A stretch of DNA of 64,000 nucleotides, from the NCBI GenBank assembly GCA_965224085.1, contig CBDCYI010000005.1, positions 2,016,001 through 2,080,000 of the forward strand, in the 5' to 3' direction. A program made the position numbers and the translations under genes. This DNA is from Candidatus Marinacidobacterales bacterium (GTDB lineage Bacteria; Acidobacteriota; Vicinamibacteria; Marinacidobacterales; SMYC01). Shown here piece by piece: positions 16,740 through 26,619 of the stretch; the first letter of the stretch is position 1, and every line of letters starts with the position of its first letter. The notes beneath the pieces are model-generated. The model made no database searches and had not been told where the DNA came from. It saw nothing but the letters and a program-made list of their open reading frames with translations.

Positions 16740-19613
16740 ATGTCCTTAAATTCGTTGCTCCATCGACCTTCATGGCGTTTGACGCTGACGGCGGTGCTCG
16801 TTGTGGTGCTGGCCTCGGGGCTCGCCTTCGCCCAGGATCGGACGGGCGACATCTACGGCAAAGTCACCGACGACCAGGGACTCGGAATCCCTGGGGCGAC
16901 GGTCACCGTCACCAGCCCGGCGCACATCAAGACCGAGATAATCGTCACCGGCAACGAGGGAAACTACCGGGCCGTCCGCCTGAGCCCGGGCTCCTACACG
17001 GTGAAAGTAGAGCTTTCCGGTTTCCGGACGGTGACGAACCAAGAAGTGGTGCTGCTGGCGGGTCAGTCGATCGCGGTAAACGCGACGCTCTCACCCGCCG
17101 CGGTAGAGGAGACGATCACCGTCACCGGCGAGTCGCCCTTGGTGGACGTCAAGAACGTCCAGGTGATGCGGACGCTGGAAACGGAGCTTCTCGACAACAT
17201 CCCGAACGGTCGCAAGTACGCGGACCTTCTCACCACGGTGGCCGGGGTGCTCGACGCCGAGTACGGCTTCACGCCCGCCCAGACGGTGCACGGGAGCTCG
17301 CCCCGGGACAACCTGTACAACATCGACGGGGCGGCCTTGAACGACACCACGGTGGGTTATATCGCCACCGAGATCCCGATCGATATGATCGAAGAAGTCC
17401 AGATCACCACCAGCGGTATCTCGGCGGAGCACGGTCTGTCCACCGGGGGTGTGTTCAACTTCGTCACCAAATCGGGCGGTAACGACTTCAGCGGCACCGC
17501 CAACTTCTTTTACGAGGGCGAGGGCCTGACCGCGGACAACCTGACCCCCGAGCTTGCGGAGCAGATCCCCCAGGGAAGCGTCATCGAAAAGAACCAGGAG
17601 ATCGGCGGCACCGTCGGTGGTCCGATCAAGCGCGATAGTGTCTGGTTCTTTTTCAATTTGCGCCGGACCGAAGTGGATGTCGCAGAGCCTTTCCTTCCGC
17701 CGGGCTCGCCCCGTGCCACGAATCAGACCCACAGCTTCACCAAGGCGACCTGGCAGGCGCATGCGAACACCCGGATCGAAGGCTCCTTGACCACGCGGGA
17801 TCAGGACCAGAATCCCGGCAACGTCCGAAGCTTCTCGAACGCCGACGCCCCCGAGACCTGGGAGATCCTCAAACGCTCCCAGCGCATCGTTCACGTGGCC
17901 GCAACGCACGTCTTCTCGCAGAACACGCTCATGGACGCGCGATTCAACCGGGTGTTCAAGAACTTCGACCGGGAGTATCCCAACAATCCCGATCTCGTTG
18001 TGGGGTACAGAGACATCGGCACCAACAAGCAGTTCGGTGGTCAGTTCGACCGCAGAGGACTCCGAAGAACCTTGGCCCGCGACATCGGGCAGTTCCACGT
18101 CTCGCTCTCGAACTACAAGGAGAACTGGGGAGGCTCGCACGAGTTCAAGGGCGGTTTCTACGCGGAGCGCTCACCGTTCGATAACGAGAACTTCTGGCCG
18201 AACGGTGAGGACATCGAGCAGCGCCTGCGCTTCGGCGAGGCCCACCGCGTGCGCTTGTGCGTGTGTCCGCAGGACGGCGTCAAGTCGAGCATCGACCGCT
18301 ATGCCGCCTACTTCCAGGATCAGTGGACGATCACCGATCGGGTGACACTGAACGCCGGCATCCGCTGGGAGGGCACCGAGGGATGGATTCCGGAGCAGAG
18401 CGCCGGCGGCGGCCGATTCTTCGCCTTGGAGACCCAGGAAGAGCTACGGGACCAGATCAACTTGAGCACCTTCGCTCCGCGGCTGGGCGTCGCCATTGCG
18501 CTCGACGAGGCAGGGCGGAGTACGCTGAAGGCCAGCTACGGTCGTTACTACGCCATGCTCCTGAATCAGACGGCGCTCAGGCTCGTCCAGGTGGGAGGCT
18601 TCGAGGAATACCGGTGGAACGACCTCAACGGCGATCTCGTCTTCCAGGAAGGTGAGGCGGGAGCCCTGACCCGCGGGCGCAGCGCCGGTTTGCGCGAGTC
18701 CGATCCCGACTTGAAGCAGCAGTATGTCGACAACTTCAACATCACCTTCGAGCAGCAGTTCGGCCGCGACTTCGTTTTCTCCGTGGCCGGGATCATCAAG
18801 CGGGAGAACGACATCATCGAGACCGCTGACATCGGCCGGCCCTTCTCCGCCTACAACGAGGTCACCGTGACGAACCCCGTCGACGGACAGCCCATCAACA
18901 TCTTCGTTCTCGATCCTTCCTTTCTGGGCTCCCCCACGGTTACCTTCATCACCAACCCCAAAGATCCGACACCGCTGTTCCGGGACTTCGACGCTCTCGA
19001 GCTCGTGTTCCAGAAGCGCTTCCGCGAGGGCTGGCAGATGCTCGCCTCCTACACCTGGAGCAGCTCCTACGGCAACATTGGCAACAGCTACGGCTCGAGC
19101 TCCGGTGGCCGGTCCGTCTACGACAACCCCAACACCACCCTCATCAACATCGAGGGTCCTCTCGATATGGACGTGCCCCACGCCTTCAAGCTCCAAGGCA
19201 CCTATGTGTTCCCGCACGACGTCTGGGTCAGCGCTTACTATCAGGGCCTTTCCGGCTTCCCCCTCAAGCTCCCCCAGGATTTCCCCAGCGACCCGGCACT
19301 CGGGGCCCGCACGGTTCGCTTCTTCCGTGAGGATGTACCGGAAATGGTGGTCGAGAGCTTCATCGACATCGCCGGCACGCAGAGGGGCTCCGAGCGACAT
19401 GACTTCAAGCATCTCGTGAACTTGCGGGCGGAAAAGAAATTCAACCTGGGAGGCGGCGCGCGCATCGGCATCATCGCCGATGTGTTCAACCTGTTCAACA
19501 GCAGCCGGGTGACCACGGTTCAGTCGTTGCGCGTCGACCTGCCACAGTTCCACGTTCCGGCGCGGATCGAGTTCGCCCGCCGGCTTCGAATCGGTCTCCG
19601 CTTCGAGTTCTAA
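16740..19613 (+). CDS. TonB-dependent receptor 1 (Oar-like, N-terminal carboxypeptidase-regulatory-like domain)
   Basis: RBS AAGGAGG; signal peptide; PGATVTV, ETITVTGESPLVDV, VFNFVTKSGGN, YFQDQW, APRLG, DVFNLFN, C-terminal F. Confidence 0.9.
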   Translation: MSLNSLLHRPSWRLTLTAVLVVVLASGLAFAQDRTGDIYGKVTDDQGLGIPGATVTVTSPAHIKTEIIVTGNEGNYRAVRLSPGSYTVKVELSGFRTVTNQEVVLLAGQSIAVNATLSPAAVEETITVTGESPLVDVKNVQVMRTLETELLDNIPNGRKYADLLTTVAGVLDAEYGFTPAQTVHGSSPRDNLYNIDGAALNDTTVGYIATEIPIDMIEEVQITTSGISAEHGLSTGGVFNFVTKSGGNDFSGTANFFYEGEGLTADNLTPELAEQIPQGSVIEKNQEIGGTVGGPIKRDSVWFFFNLRRTEVDVAEPFLPPGSPRATNQTHSFTKATWQAHANTRIEGSLTTRDQDQNPGNVRSFSNADAPETWEILKRSQRIVHVAATHVFSQNTLMDARFNRVFKNFDREYPNNPDLVVGYRDIGTNKQFGGQFDRRGLRRTLARDIGQFHVSLSNYKENWGGSHEFKGGFYAERSPFDNENFWPNGEDIEQRLRFGEAHRVRLCVCPQDGVKSSIDRYAAYFQDQWTITDRVTLNAGIRWEGTEGWIPEQSAGGGRFFALETQEELRDQINLSTFAPRLGVAIALDEAGRSTLKASYGRYYAMLLNQTALRLVQVGGFEEYRWNDLNGDLVFQEGEAGALTRGRSAGLRESDPDLKQQYVDNFNITFEQQFGRDFVFSVAGIIKRENDIIETADIGRPFSAYNEVTVTNPVDGQPINIFVLDPSFLGSPTVTFITNPKDPTPLFRDFDALELVFQKRFREGWQMLASYTWSSSYGNIGNSYGSSSGGRSVYDNPNTTLINIEGPLDMDVPHAFKLQGTYVFPHDVWVSAYYQGLSGFPLKLPQDFPSDPALGARTVRFFREDVPEMVVESFIDIAGTQRGSERHDFKHLVNLRAEKKFNLGGGARIGIIADVFNLFNSSRVTTVQSLRVDLPQFHVPARIEFARRLRIGLRFEF

Positions 19614-19647
19614 GCGGGTACGGAAAAGGGAGTTCAACAAAGACCGG

Positions 19648-19672
19648 ATGGGGCGGCTTCGAGCCGCCCCGT
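19648..19672. terminator. Hairpin terminator after TBDR1 (likely bidirectional)
   Basis: atggggcggct-tcg-agccgccccgt. Confidence 0.65.
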
Positions 19673-19689
19673 TCGTCTCGCTTGAGGCG

Positions 19690-19795
19690 TTACGGTTTCA
19701 GCACCTGAAGGTACAGGCGCAGGAAGTTGAGGCCGAGGATTTTTTCGATGTCGGCGGACGAATGTCCCCGACGCTCGAGGCCCTGGCCGATGAAG
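19690..19795 (-). pseudogene. 3' relic of a membrane dipeptidase (M19-like) truncated at the IS
   Basis: Translates to FIGQGLERRGHSSADIEKILGLNFLRLYLQVLKP*, resembling the M19 C-terminal L..RG.S..DI.KILG.NFLR motif; no start. Confidence 0.65.
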
Positions 19796-19819
19796 TTCCT
19801 CGCGCTCCTTCTGGGTTAA

Positions 19820-21749
19820 GCGGAAGTTCCCGGCTTAGGCCAGACGTAATGTATTGAACGCGTGGAGTTTTTCATCAGGGAAGGTTTCCCGGCACTGGGA
19901 ACAAACCGAGCAGTTGCATTACGCGTTGTTGTGTTGAGTTGGCTTCGGTCACCATCTGGAATGGTGGAGCGGTCGGGTCGGCTTTGAGTTGGCAAAGGTT
20001 GAGACTGCGGGTAGCAAGCTCGGCAAGAAGCGTGGGGAAACTGTGAATAGGTAATCCGTCAGATGTGCGACGGACGCTCTTTTTGTTTTTGGCCGAAGTC
20101 GAGGGCAGAGCTGGCAAGACGGGGTCTCGGGTCTCGCGGTCGGCGTCAAGTTGCTCGTCGACGAAAAGTAGTGGAGCAAGGGCCTTTTTCATGTGCCATT
20201 GCACATAGTAGGCGAGCAAGCACAAGAAGATGTGTGCCCGCACGCGTTGGGCATCGCGATGGCGGATGGGTCGTACTAACAGGTCGATGCCCTTCAAACA
20301 ACGAAAGGCTTGTTCAACCTGAGAGAGCCGCTTGTAGCTGCGCACGGTGTCCTCGGCCGAGAGATGCTCAAGCGGCTCGCTGGTGCGGATTACGTAGATG
20401 CCGTCGCGTTCCGATTCTCGGCGAATGCTTTCCTCGCGTCTGCTGTAGCTAAAAAGGCTATCTTCGATCTTCAGTGTGAAGTGCTTGCCCACTTTGTAAT
20501 GGTTGAGCACCTTTCCGACCTTCTTGCCAATTTCAGCTTTGTCCAAAGGAGTTTTCGTTCGCCGGGCAACCTGTCGGCGGATCTTGTCGAACTTGGCCTC
20601 GGTCGCTTCAAGCAGGGCCTGGCGCTTCCTTCGCCTCTCTTCGGCCAGCAGAGGGTTGTAGCAAGCAATCAGTCGCTCACCGGGAAAATCAATAGAAGTG
20701 ATCTCCGCCAGGTTTTTTTGGTCGAACAGCGACAGCTGCAAACACTCCGTGTCCAGTAGTTTGCGAATCGCTGTCGAACGCAAGGCTGAGATCCAGCCAA
20801 GTCCTGGGTATTGCCTTAGAGCCTTAATCTGAGTCTGAGTGAGCAAGCCCCGGTCACCAACCAGCACCACCTGTTGAAGCTCAAAACGCTCACGAAGCTT
20901 TTGTACTTGATCCGGCAGTGTCGTCGGATCCCCTGTGTTCCCCGGGTAGACCTCCACGGCCACGGGACGTCCTTCGTGGTCCGTTAACACTCCATAGACA
21001 ACGATGGGTTTGCCCTTTTTACCATCTCGGCCGTAGCCGAAAAGAGCCAGTGGACAGGTGCGTCCTTCATAGTAGCTACTGCTCACATCGTAAAGCACCT
21101 GTGCACCCTCGGAAAGGTGTCGACTCGCCAGCTTCTTTTCGATCCGAGACTGGCGCTGGATCAACCAATCCATTGCCGCATAGAGATCATCTTCGTCCGC
21201 ATCGACCACGCCGAGCTCTTGCGCCAGCGTTGTCGTGTGCCACAGTCGTGTCGTGCCCAACTTCGAGCTGGGATGAATGAGTTGCTCGGCAATCATGGCG
21301 ATAACCAGATCGCGTTCGCGACATCGTTTCGACGCGATGAGTCTATCGAGTTCCAGTTGGTGGATGGTGCCGAGCACTGCCTCGACATGGCCGTGGGGCA
21401 GTGTCCGCTGCACGACGAACACATCCGACGGAGCCATCAAGGGCTCGTCTCTCAGTAAGCGTCGCAGGGCTTCGACCTTGGCCTTGGGCCACTCCGTCAG
21501 ATTGGCGATGGTGCGTTTTCGGATGCGCTTTCCCTCTCGCCAACCCTCGCGCAACAAGATGGCTGGCCGGGAGTTCCGGTTGGGAACGATGTCGACATAC
21601 ATGGCAACAATAATACACATAAAAAGCTTAATATCAATATAAAACAGATCAATACATGGGAAAACTTGTGGGGCCACGTTTTCTCGTTTCCCACTTAGAA
21701 TCAATGAATTACACCCCGTTCTAGGTGTTTCTGTTAGGGGAACTTCTGG
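19820..21749 (-). mobile_element. IS1634-family insertion sequence
   Basis: Imperfect terminal inverted repeats gcggaagttccc/gggaacttctgg, flanked by TTAA on both sides; lower GC than flanks. Confidence 0.8.
19875..21602 (-). CDS. IS1634-family DDE transposase
   Basis: MYVDIVPNRNSRPAILLREGWREG..KRTIANL, LYDVSSSYYEG, VGDRGL, YKRLSQVEQAFRCLK, RVRAHIFLC. Confidence 0.92.
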   Translation of the reverse strand: MYVDIVPNRNSRPAILLREGWREGKRIRKRTIANLTEWPKAKVEALRRLLRDEPLMAPSDVFVVQRTLPHGHVEAVLGTIHQLELDRLIASKRCRERDLVIAMIAEQLIHPSSKLGTTRLWHTTTLAQELGVVDADEDDLYAAMDWLIQRQSRIEKKLASRHLSEGAQVLYDVSSSYYEGRTCPLALFGYGRDGKKGKPIVVYGVLTDHEGRPVAVEVYPGNTGDPTTLPDQVQKLRERFELQQVVLVGDRGLLTQTQIKALRQYPGLGWISALRSTAIRKLLDTECLQLSLFDQKNLAEITSIDFPGERLIACYNPLLAEERRRKRQALLEATEAKFDKIRRQVARRTKTPLDKAEIGKKVGKVLNHYKVGKHFTLKIEDSLFSYSRREESIRRESERDGIYVIRTSEPLEHLSAEDTVRSYKRLSQVEQAFRCLKGIDLLVRPIRHRDAQRVRAHIFLCLLAYYVQWHMKKALAPLLFVDEQLDADRETRDPVLPALPSTSAKNKKSVRRTSDGLPIHSFPTLLAELATRSLNLCQLKADPTAPPFQMVTEANSTQQRVMQLLGLFPVPGNLP

Positions 21750-21753
21750 TTAA

Positions 21754-21873
21754 GGGCCCGTTCGGCCTTCGGCCCGCCTATTTTGCCATTTTAGGCAATT
21801 GATCATGTGGCGACGCGTATTGAAGGAATTTCTGATACAGGACACTACTAGGTGTTACTGTTAGGGCACTTCA
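21754..21873. repeat. MITE end fragment plus degenerate second copy of the IS end
   Basis: tgatacaggacacta resembles the end of the 38339-38552 MITE; 21848-21872 ctaggtgttactgttagggcacttc repeats 21721-21746. Confidence 0.55.
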
Positions 21874-21875
21874 AG

Positions 21876-24800
21876 CTAACGAGGCGGCTCGGTCGGCAGC
21901 GGAATGGGCCTCCCGGCCGACCAGCGGAGACCGTCGTCGTCGAGCTTCCGATGCAAGTCTGCCACCGGACCGGCGAGTAGACCGTTCAGCGTCTCGACCT
22001 GCCGGGACAGCTTGTCGCGCACTTCCCGGGTGAGCCGGCTCTGCTGCTCGGTGGGACGAGCGGTGGCGATCTCGATGTTGGCATAGAGCTGGCGGACGCC
22101 CTCGGCGAGGGGTGGAGCACCCGGCTGCTCCGCCCGGCTCCTTTCGCCTTTCCCGAGCATCGCGATCAACACTTCCTTGAGCGCCTCATCGATGCTCGCC
22201 ACCTGCTGAGCCAGAGATTCGTCCGGCTGGGAACGATCCTGGAGCAACGCCTGGATCTCGCCTAGCCGGTCCCTCGACTGCTCTGCGGTCGAGAGCACCG
22301 CTTTGACCGTCGCGAACATTCCGTCCAGTGCGAGGAGCGTGTCGTGCCAGGCCCGACGGTCCTCGTTGCTGATCGCTATCAGAGGATCGCCTTCGACGTC
22401 GATGCTCGTGCTTCGCTCCACGTCTCCCACCTTCAAACGAGCTCGATAGCTACCCGGTAGCACGAAAGCGCCACGAAGATCTCCAGTGACGAACGAGTAG
22501 GCTTCCTCCTCGCTCGGTTCGAAGTAAAGAGCGTGCCGTAGATCCCAAACGAGCCTCTGGACCCCCGTTCCCTCTTCGGCCTGCCGCGGCTCGAGACGCC
22601 GCAGGAGGTTTCCCTCCGCGTCGAGAATGTCCACTTGGACCCTCGGTGGCCCGGATTCCGAGAGGGCACCGTTCGTCGACGCCTCCGAGTCCGCCATCAC
22701 CTTTGGGTTCACGTAATAGGTGATGATGGCTCCGTCGGGCGGATTCGGCGCCGTGAAGTAGCGCTGGCCCTGGCTTCTCCGGCCGCGGTCGATGCGGTGC
22801 ATCTGCGTCGCCGGGCGAATCCGGGCTAGGTGCGCCTCCGTCGCCAGAACCTCTGGGGTCAGCTCGTCCAGGATGCTCATGTCATCGAGGATCCACAAGC
22901 CCCGGCCATGGGTTCCCAGCACCAGGTCGTTCTCCCGCGCTTGGATGACCATGTCGTGCACCGGGACCGTCGGAAGGTTATTCTTCAGCTCTACCCACTC
23001 GCCTCCGCCGGTGATGGAGATGAAAACACTCAGCTCCGTACCGACCACCACAAGATCGGGATTCCTTGGATGCTCCACGATGACGCGCGTAGAGCCGTGC
23101 TCGGGCAGATTCCCGGTGATGTTGCTCCAGCTCGCTCCGAAGTCGTCGCTCGTCACCACGTAGGGCCGGAAGTCGTTGTCTTTGTGCGCGTCGAACACCG
23201 CATAAATCGTCTCGGGCTTCGCGTGGGAGAGAACCACCCGGCTCACCCTCGTCTGATCCAAAACGCCGGGAAACTCCTGCACCGTCGTCCAGCTCTCGCC
23301 GTCGTCGCTCGTCACCGAGATCTGGCCATCGTCCGTGCCCACCACCAGCCGCCCCCGTTGAAGCGGTGACTCCGAAACGGTGGTGATGTTCCCGTAATCG
23401 GATGTCCCCTGATGGAGCGCGATAGCGTCCCGGGGCCACAGTTTTCCTTGAAGGGGAAGCTCGTAGTGGTCGAGCCGGCGGGTCAGGTCCGCGCTCACGA
23501 CCTCCCAGCTATCCCCACGGTCCGGGCTCCGGAAGACTTTGTTCGCCGCAAAGTAGAGCGTCCGGTAATCATGACGCGAGATGAGAATCGGTGAGCTCCA
23601 GTTCCATCGATACTTCTCGCCCTCCGGGGGCTGCGGCTGGATCAATCGACGCTCGCCGGTTCGGGTGTCGAAGCGAACCAGCCTTCCGTACTGGGACTCG
23701 GTATAGACGATGTGAGGTTGCTCGGGATCGATCTGCACGTGGAATCCGTCGCCGGGAACTGTCATGAACCAGTCGTCGTTCACGATGCCGTCGATGTTTC
23801 GGGTGCCGCTGGGACCGCCGAAGCTGTTGTTGTCCTGCGTGCCGCCGTAGACGTAATAGAAGGGCTCGCGCTCGTCGACCGACACCGTGTAGAACTGCAT
23901 CACCGGAAGATTCGGCATGAACTCCCAGTTCTCGCCGCGATCGTAGGACGCGTAGAGACCACCGTCGGTACCGAGAAGCACCCGCTTCGAGTTGTCGGGG
24001 TCGATCAGAAGCGCCCGGTGATCCACGTGAACGCCGCCGCCTTGAACCAGCTCTCGAAACGTCTTGCCGCCATCTTCGGACACCACCGAGCGGGTATTGG
24101 GAACGTAGACCCGATCGGGGTCTTCGGGGTCACAGCGAACGATCCCGTAGGACCAGCGGGTGGTGTGCTCGGAGGTGCGCCGTTGCCAGCTCGCACCTCG
24201 ATCGTCGGAGCGGAAGACGCCTCCTCTCTCCTGCGCGGCGACGGCGGCATAGACGGTGTCCGGCTGACTCGCGCAGACGCTCACGCCGATACGTCCGACT
24301 TCGCCTTCCGGAAGGCCCCTGGTCAGCTTCTTCCAGCTCTCACCGCCGTCGGTGCTCTTGAAGAGCCCGCCTTCCGGACCTCCTGCCACGAAGCTCCAGT
24401 TGCGCCGCTCCCTCTGGTGCGCTGCGGCATAGAGCACGTCCGGATCGCGCGGGTCCATGACGATGTCTGCGATTCCGGTGTGCTGGCTGATGTAGAGAAC
24501 CTTGGACCAGCTCTCGCCGCCGTCCTGCGTCTTGAAGAGCCCCCGCTCTTCGCCCGCTCCCCACAGCGAGCCGAGAGCTGCGACGTACACGATGTCGGGA
24601 TCTTCCGGGTGGACGAGCACCTCGCCGATGTGTCGGGTCTCGGTCAGACCCATGTGCTTGAAGCTCTTGCCACCGTCGTCCGATTTGTAGACGCCGTCGC
24701 CCCAGGAGTTGCTCCGGGCGTTGAAGTCCTCACCGGTGCCGACCCAGACCACGTTCGGGTTCGAAGGCGAAAGAGCCACGTCTCCTACCGAGGGCGTTGC

Positions 24801-25058
24801 TTCCCTCTCGAACACCGGTTCCCAGGTGACGCCGCGATTCGTGGTCTTCCACACCCCGCCGGTGGCGGAGGCGGCGTAGATCAGCTCGTCGCCGGTCGCG
24901 GCGATGCTGGTGATACGACCACTGACGATCCCGGGACCGATGGGACGCCACTCGAGCGCCGCCAGATGATCGCTCGTGAGCGGCTGAGCCACCGCCGGCA
25001 CGAGAGCCGCCGTCAGCAGGAAACCGGACAGGGAAAGCCGAAGCACCGCTTGGCTCAT
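21876..25058 (-). CDS. Secreted VPS10/BNR (Asp-box) beta-propeller protein
   Basis: RBS AAGGAGG; signal peptide; WRPIGP..SGRI, repeated S/TxDGGxSW boxes, GGTQDN, RWNWSSP, LGTHGRG. Confidence 0.85.
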   Translation of the reverse strand: MSQAVLRLSLSGFLLTAALVPAVAQPLTSDHLAALEWRPIGPGIVSGRITSIAATGDELIYAASATGGVWKTTNRGVTWEPVFEREATPSVGDVALSPSNPNVVWVGTGEDFNARSNSWGDGVYKSDDGGKSFKHMGLTETRHIGEVLVHPEDPDIVYVAALGSLWGAGEERGLFKTQDGGESWSKVLYISQHTGIADIVMDPRDPDVLYAAAHQRERRNWSFVAGGPEGGLFKSTDGGESWKKLTRGLPEGEVGRIGVSVCASQPDTVYAAVAAQERGGVFRSDDRGASWQRRTSEHTTRWSYGIVRCDPEDPDRVYVPNTRSVVSEDGGKTFRELVQGGGVHVDHRALLIDPDNSKRVLLGTDGGLYASYDRGENWEFMPNLPVMQFYTVSVDEREPFYYVYGGTQDNNSFGGPSGTRNIDGIVNDDWFMTVPGDGFHVQIDPEQPHIVYTESQYGRLVRFDTRTGERRLIQPQPPEGEKYRWNWSSPILISRHDYRTLYFAANKVFRSPDRGDSWEVVSADLTRRLDHYELPLQGKLWPRDAIALHQGTSDYGNITTVSESPLQRGRLVVGTDDGQISVTSDDGESWTTVQEFPGVLDQTRVSRVVLSHAKPETIYAVFDAHKDNDFRPYVVTSDDFGASWSNITGNLPEHGSTRVIVEHPRNPDLVVVGTELSVFISITGGGEWVELKNNLPTVPVHDMVIQARENDLVLGTHGRGLWILDDMSILDELTPEVLATEAHLARIRPATQMHRIDRGRRSQGQRYFTAPNPPDGAIITYYVNPKVMADSEASTNGALSESGPPRVQVDILDAEGNLLRRLEPRQAEEGTGVQRLVWDLRHALYFEPSEEEAYSFVTGDLRGAFVLPGSYRARLKVGDVERSTSIDVEGDPLIAISNEDRRAWHDTLLALDGMFATVKAVLSTAEQSRDRLGEIQALLQDRSQPDESLAQQVASIDEALKEVLIAMLGKGERSRAEQPGAPPLAEGVRQLYANIEIATARPTEQQSRLTREVRDKLSRQVETLNGLLAGPVADLHRKLDDDGLRWSAGRPIPLPTEPPR

Positions 25059-25083
25059 AGCGCCCTCCTTCAACAACATCGGT

Positions 25084-25157
25084 TCAGAGAATCCAGCCGC
25101 GGAGCTTGCCGGTCGCGTCGCGCCAGACGAGCTGGATGGAGCCGGTATGCCAGTTGT
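25084..25157 (-). pseudogene. Relic C-terminus of a sixth GGT-fold paralog
   Basis: Translates to NWHTGSIQLVWRDATGKLRGWIL*, versus GGT5 NWHTGSIQLVWRDDAGKLHG. Confidence 0.75.
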
Positions 25158-25197
25158 CCGGATCGACCGCATGACGAGACCTCCGCAAAACGACCAC

Positions 25198-26610
25198 TCA
25201 CTGAGAGCGGCCGATGACCAGTAGTTCTTGCTGCCGGGCAACGAAGTACCCCACCCCGTTGTCGGTGAGCCGGGCGTTCTCCTCGATGCGAATCGGCACC
25301 ACTTTGCCGTCCCACTCGGGGATGGGCGTGCTCACGTGAAGCTCGACCGAATACCAGGCTTCGGCTGCAAGCGGATAGCGCACACGATCCCCGTAGGCGA
25401 ACGGCCAGTCGATGGCAACCCGCGCGCCGATGTCGTGGGTGGAGTTTCCGACCGAATGGGAGTAGATGCCGACCTCCGGCTGGGTGGGGTCGGCTTCCAC
25501 GGCGCCGCCGGTCTTGGGCTGGCCGGCGTAGTACCCCATCATGCCGATGTCCTCCATCGTCAGCTCCCAGACCTCGTGTGCAATCGCCCCTGGTTTCATG
25601 TTCGCGGTCAGGACATCGGTCACCTTCATCGCGTCTGCGAAGGCCTTCTGGAGGCTTTCCGGGGCCTCCGTCTCACCGGGCTTCAGCACGTAGGCGGTTC
25701 GCTTGATGTCGGTACGGTAGTCGATGAAGGCAAGGCCCGCGTCGACCGAAAGGACGTCGCCCGGCTCGACGGTGTGCTCCGGGGTGTTGGTAGGAAGGTT
25801 CTCACCGTTGCGGGTGATGCGTATACCCGGCAGAAACTCCACCTGGAGACCGAGCTCCATCGCTCGCTGTCGCATCCACCAGTGAATGTTGTTCGCCGTC
25901 GTCTCTCCCACCGTCACGACCGCATCGGAGAACGCCTCTTCCTCCCAGGCCACCGTCCACTCGCAGAGATCACGAAAAACCTCGATCTCGTCGGCGATGT
26001 GCATCGTGCGAAAGTCGCGGACCAGCAGCTCCGCCGACACCATGCGGGACGCGTACTCGGGACCCAGGGTGTCCTCCAGAAACGTCCTCAGCGTCCACGA
26101 CAGGCCGTCAGCCATCGGAAGCGTCGGAGAGACGTTGATCCCGATCCTTTCCGGATCCCGCTCCCCCACGACCTTCTTCAAGTGGGGGCTGACACCCCCC
26201 TCGGTGTAGCCGTAGTAGATGAGTTCGTCGTAGGCGTCTCGAATCGTCGTGTCTCGGAGCTCGTGAGAGCCAATGAAGATCTTCTCCGGCGTGTCACCTC
26301 CCCGGTCGAAGAAGAGATAGGCATTGCGCACACCTCCCCAGCCTCCTCCGATCTCCGAGAGGATCGGGTCGGTGTGGTGCTCCCGGCTGAACACCAGCCA
26401 TAGATCGATGTCGTGCGCGCGCATGGCCGGGAGGAGCACGCCGTCCAGACGCTTTTGAATGAGGCGCTTTCGAATCTCAAAGCGCTCCCTGGCGTCCGGA
26501 ATCTCGAGTGTCTCGGTGGGACTCGCGGCGTCCCCGGCCCCGGAGGGACCGCAGCCGTTGGCGGCGAGGACGACCAGAAGAGTCGTCAGAAGCAGTCTAA
26601 TCCGAATCAT
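25198..26610 (-). CDS. M24 family (Xaa-Pro-like) aminopeptidase, probable lipoprotein
   Basis: LAANGC lipobox-like signal; metal ligands in VDAG, TDIKR, SHSVG, VELH, RIEE. Confidence 0.82.
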   Translation of the reverse strand: MIRIRLLLTTLLVVLAANGCGPSGAGDAASPTETLEIPDARERFEIRKRLIQKRLDGVLLPAMRAHDIDLWLVFSREHHTDPILSEIGGGWGGVRNAYLFFDRGGDTPEKIFIGSHELRDTTIRDAYDELIYYGYTEGGVSPHLKKVVGERDPERIGINVSPTLPMADGLSWTLRTFLEDTLGPEYASRMVSAELLVRDFRTMHIADEIEVFRDLCEWTVAWEEEAFSDAVVTVGETTANNIHWWMRQRAMELGLQVEFLPGIRITRNGENLPTNTPEHTVEPGDVLSVDAGLAFIDYRTDIKRTAYVLKPGETEAPESLQKAFADAMKVTDVLTANMKPGAIAHEVWELTMEDIGMMGYYAGQPKTGGAVEADPTQPEVGIYSHSVGNSTHDIGARVAIDWPFAYGDRVRYPLAAEAWYSVELHVSTPIPEWDGKVVPIRIEENARLTDNGVGYFVARQQELLVIGRSQ

Positions 26611-26619
26611 CGCGTCACC

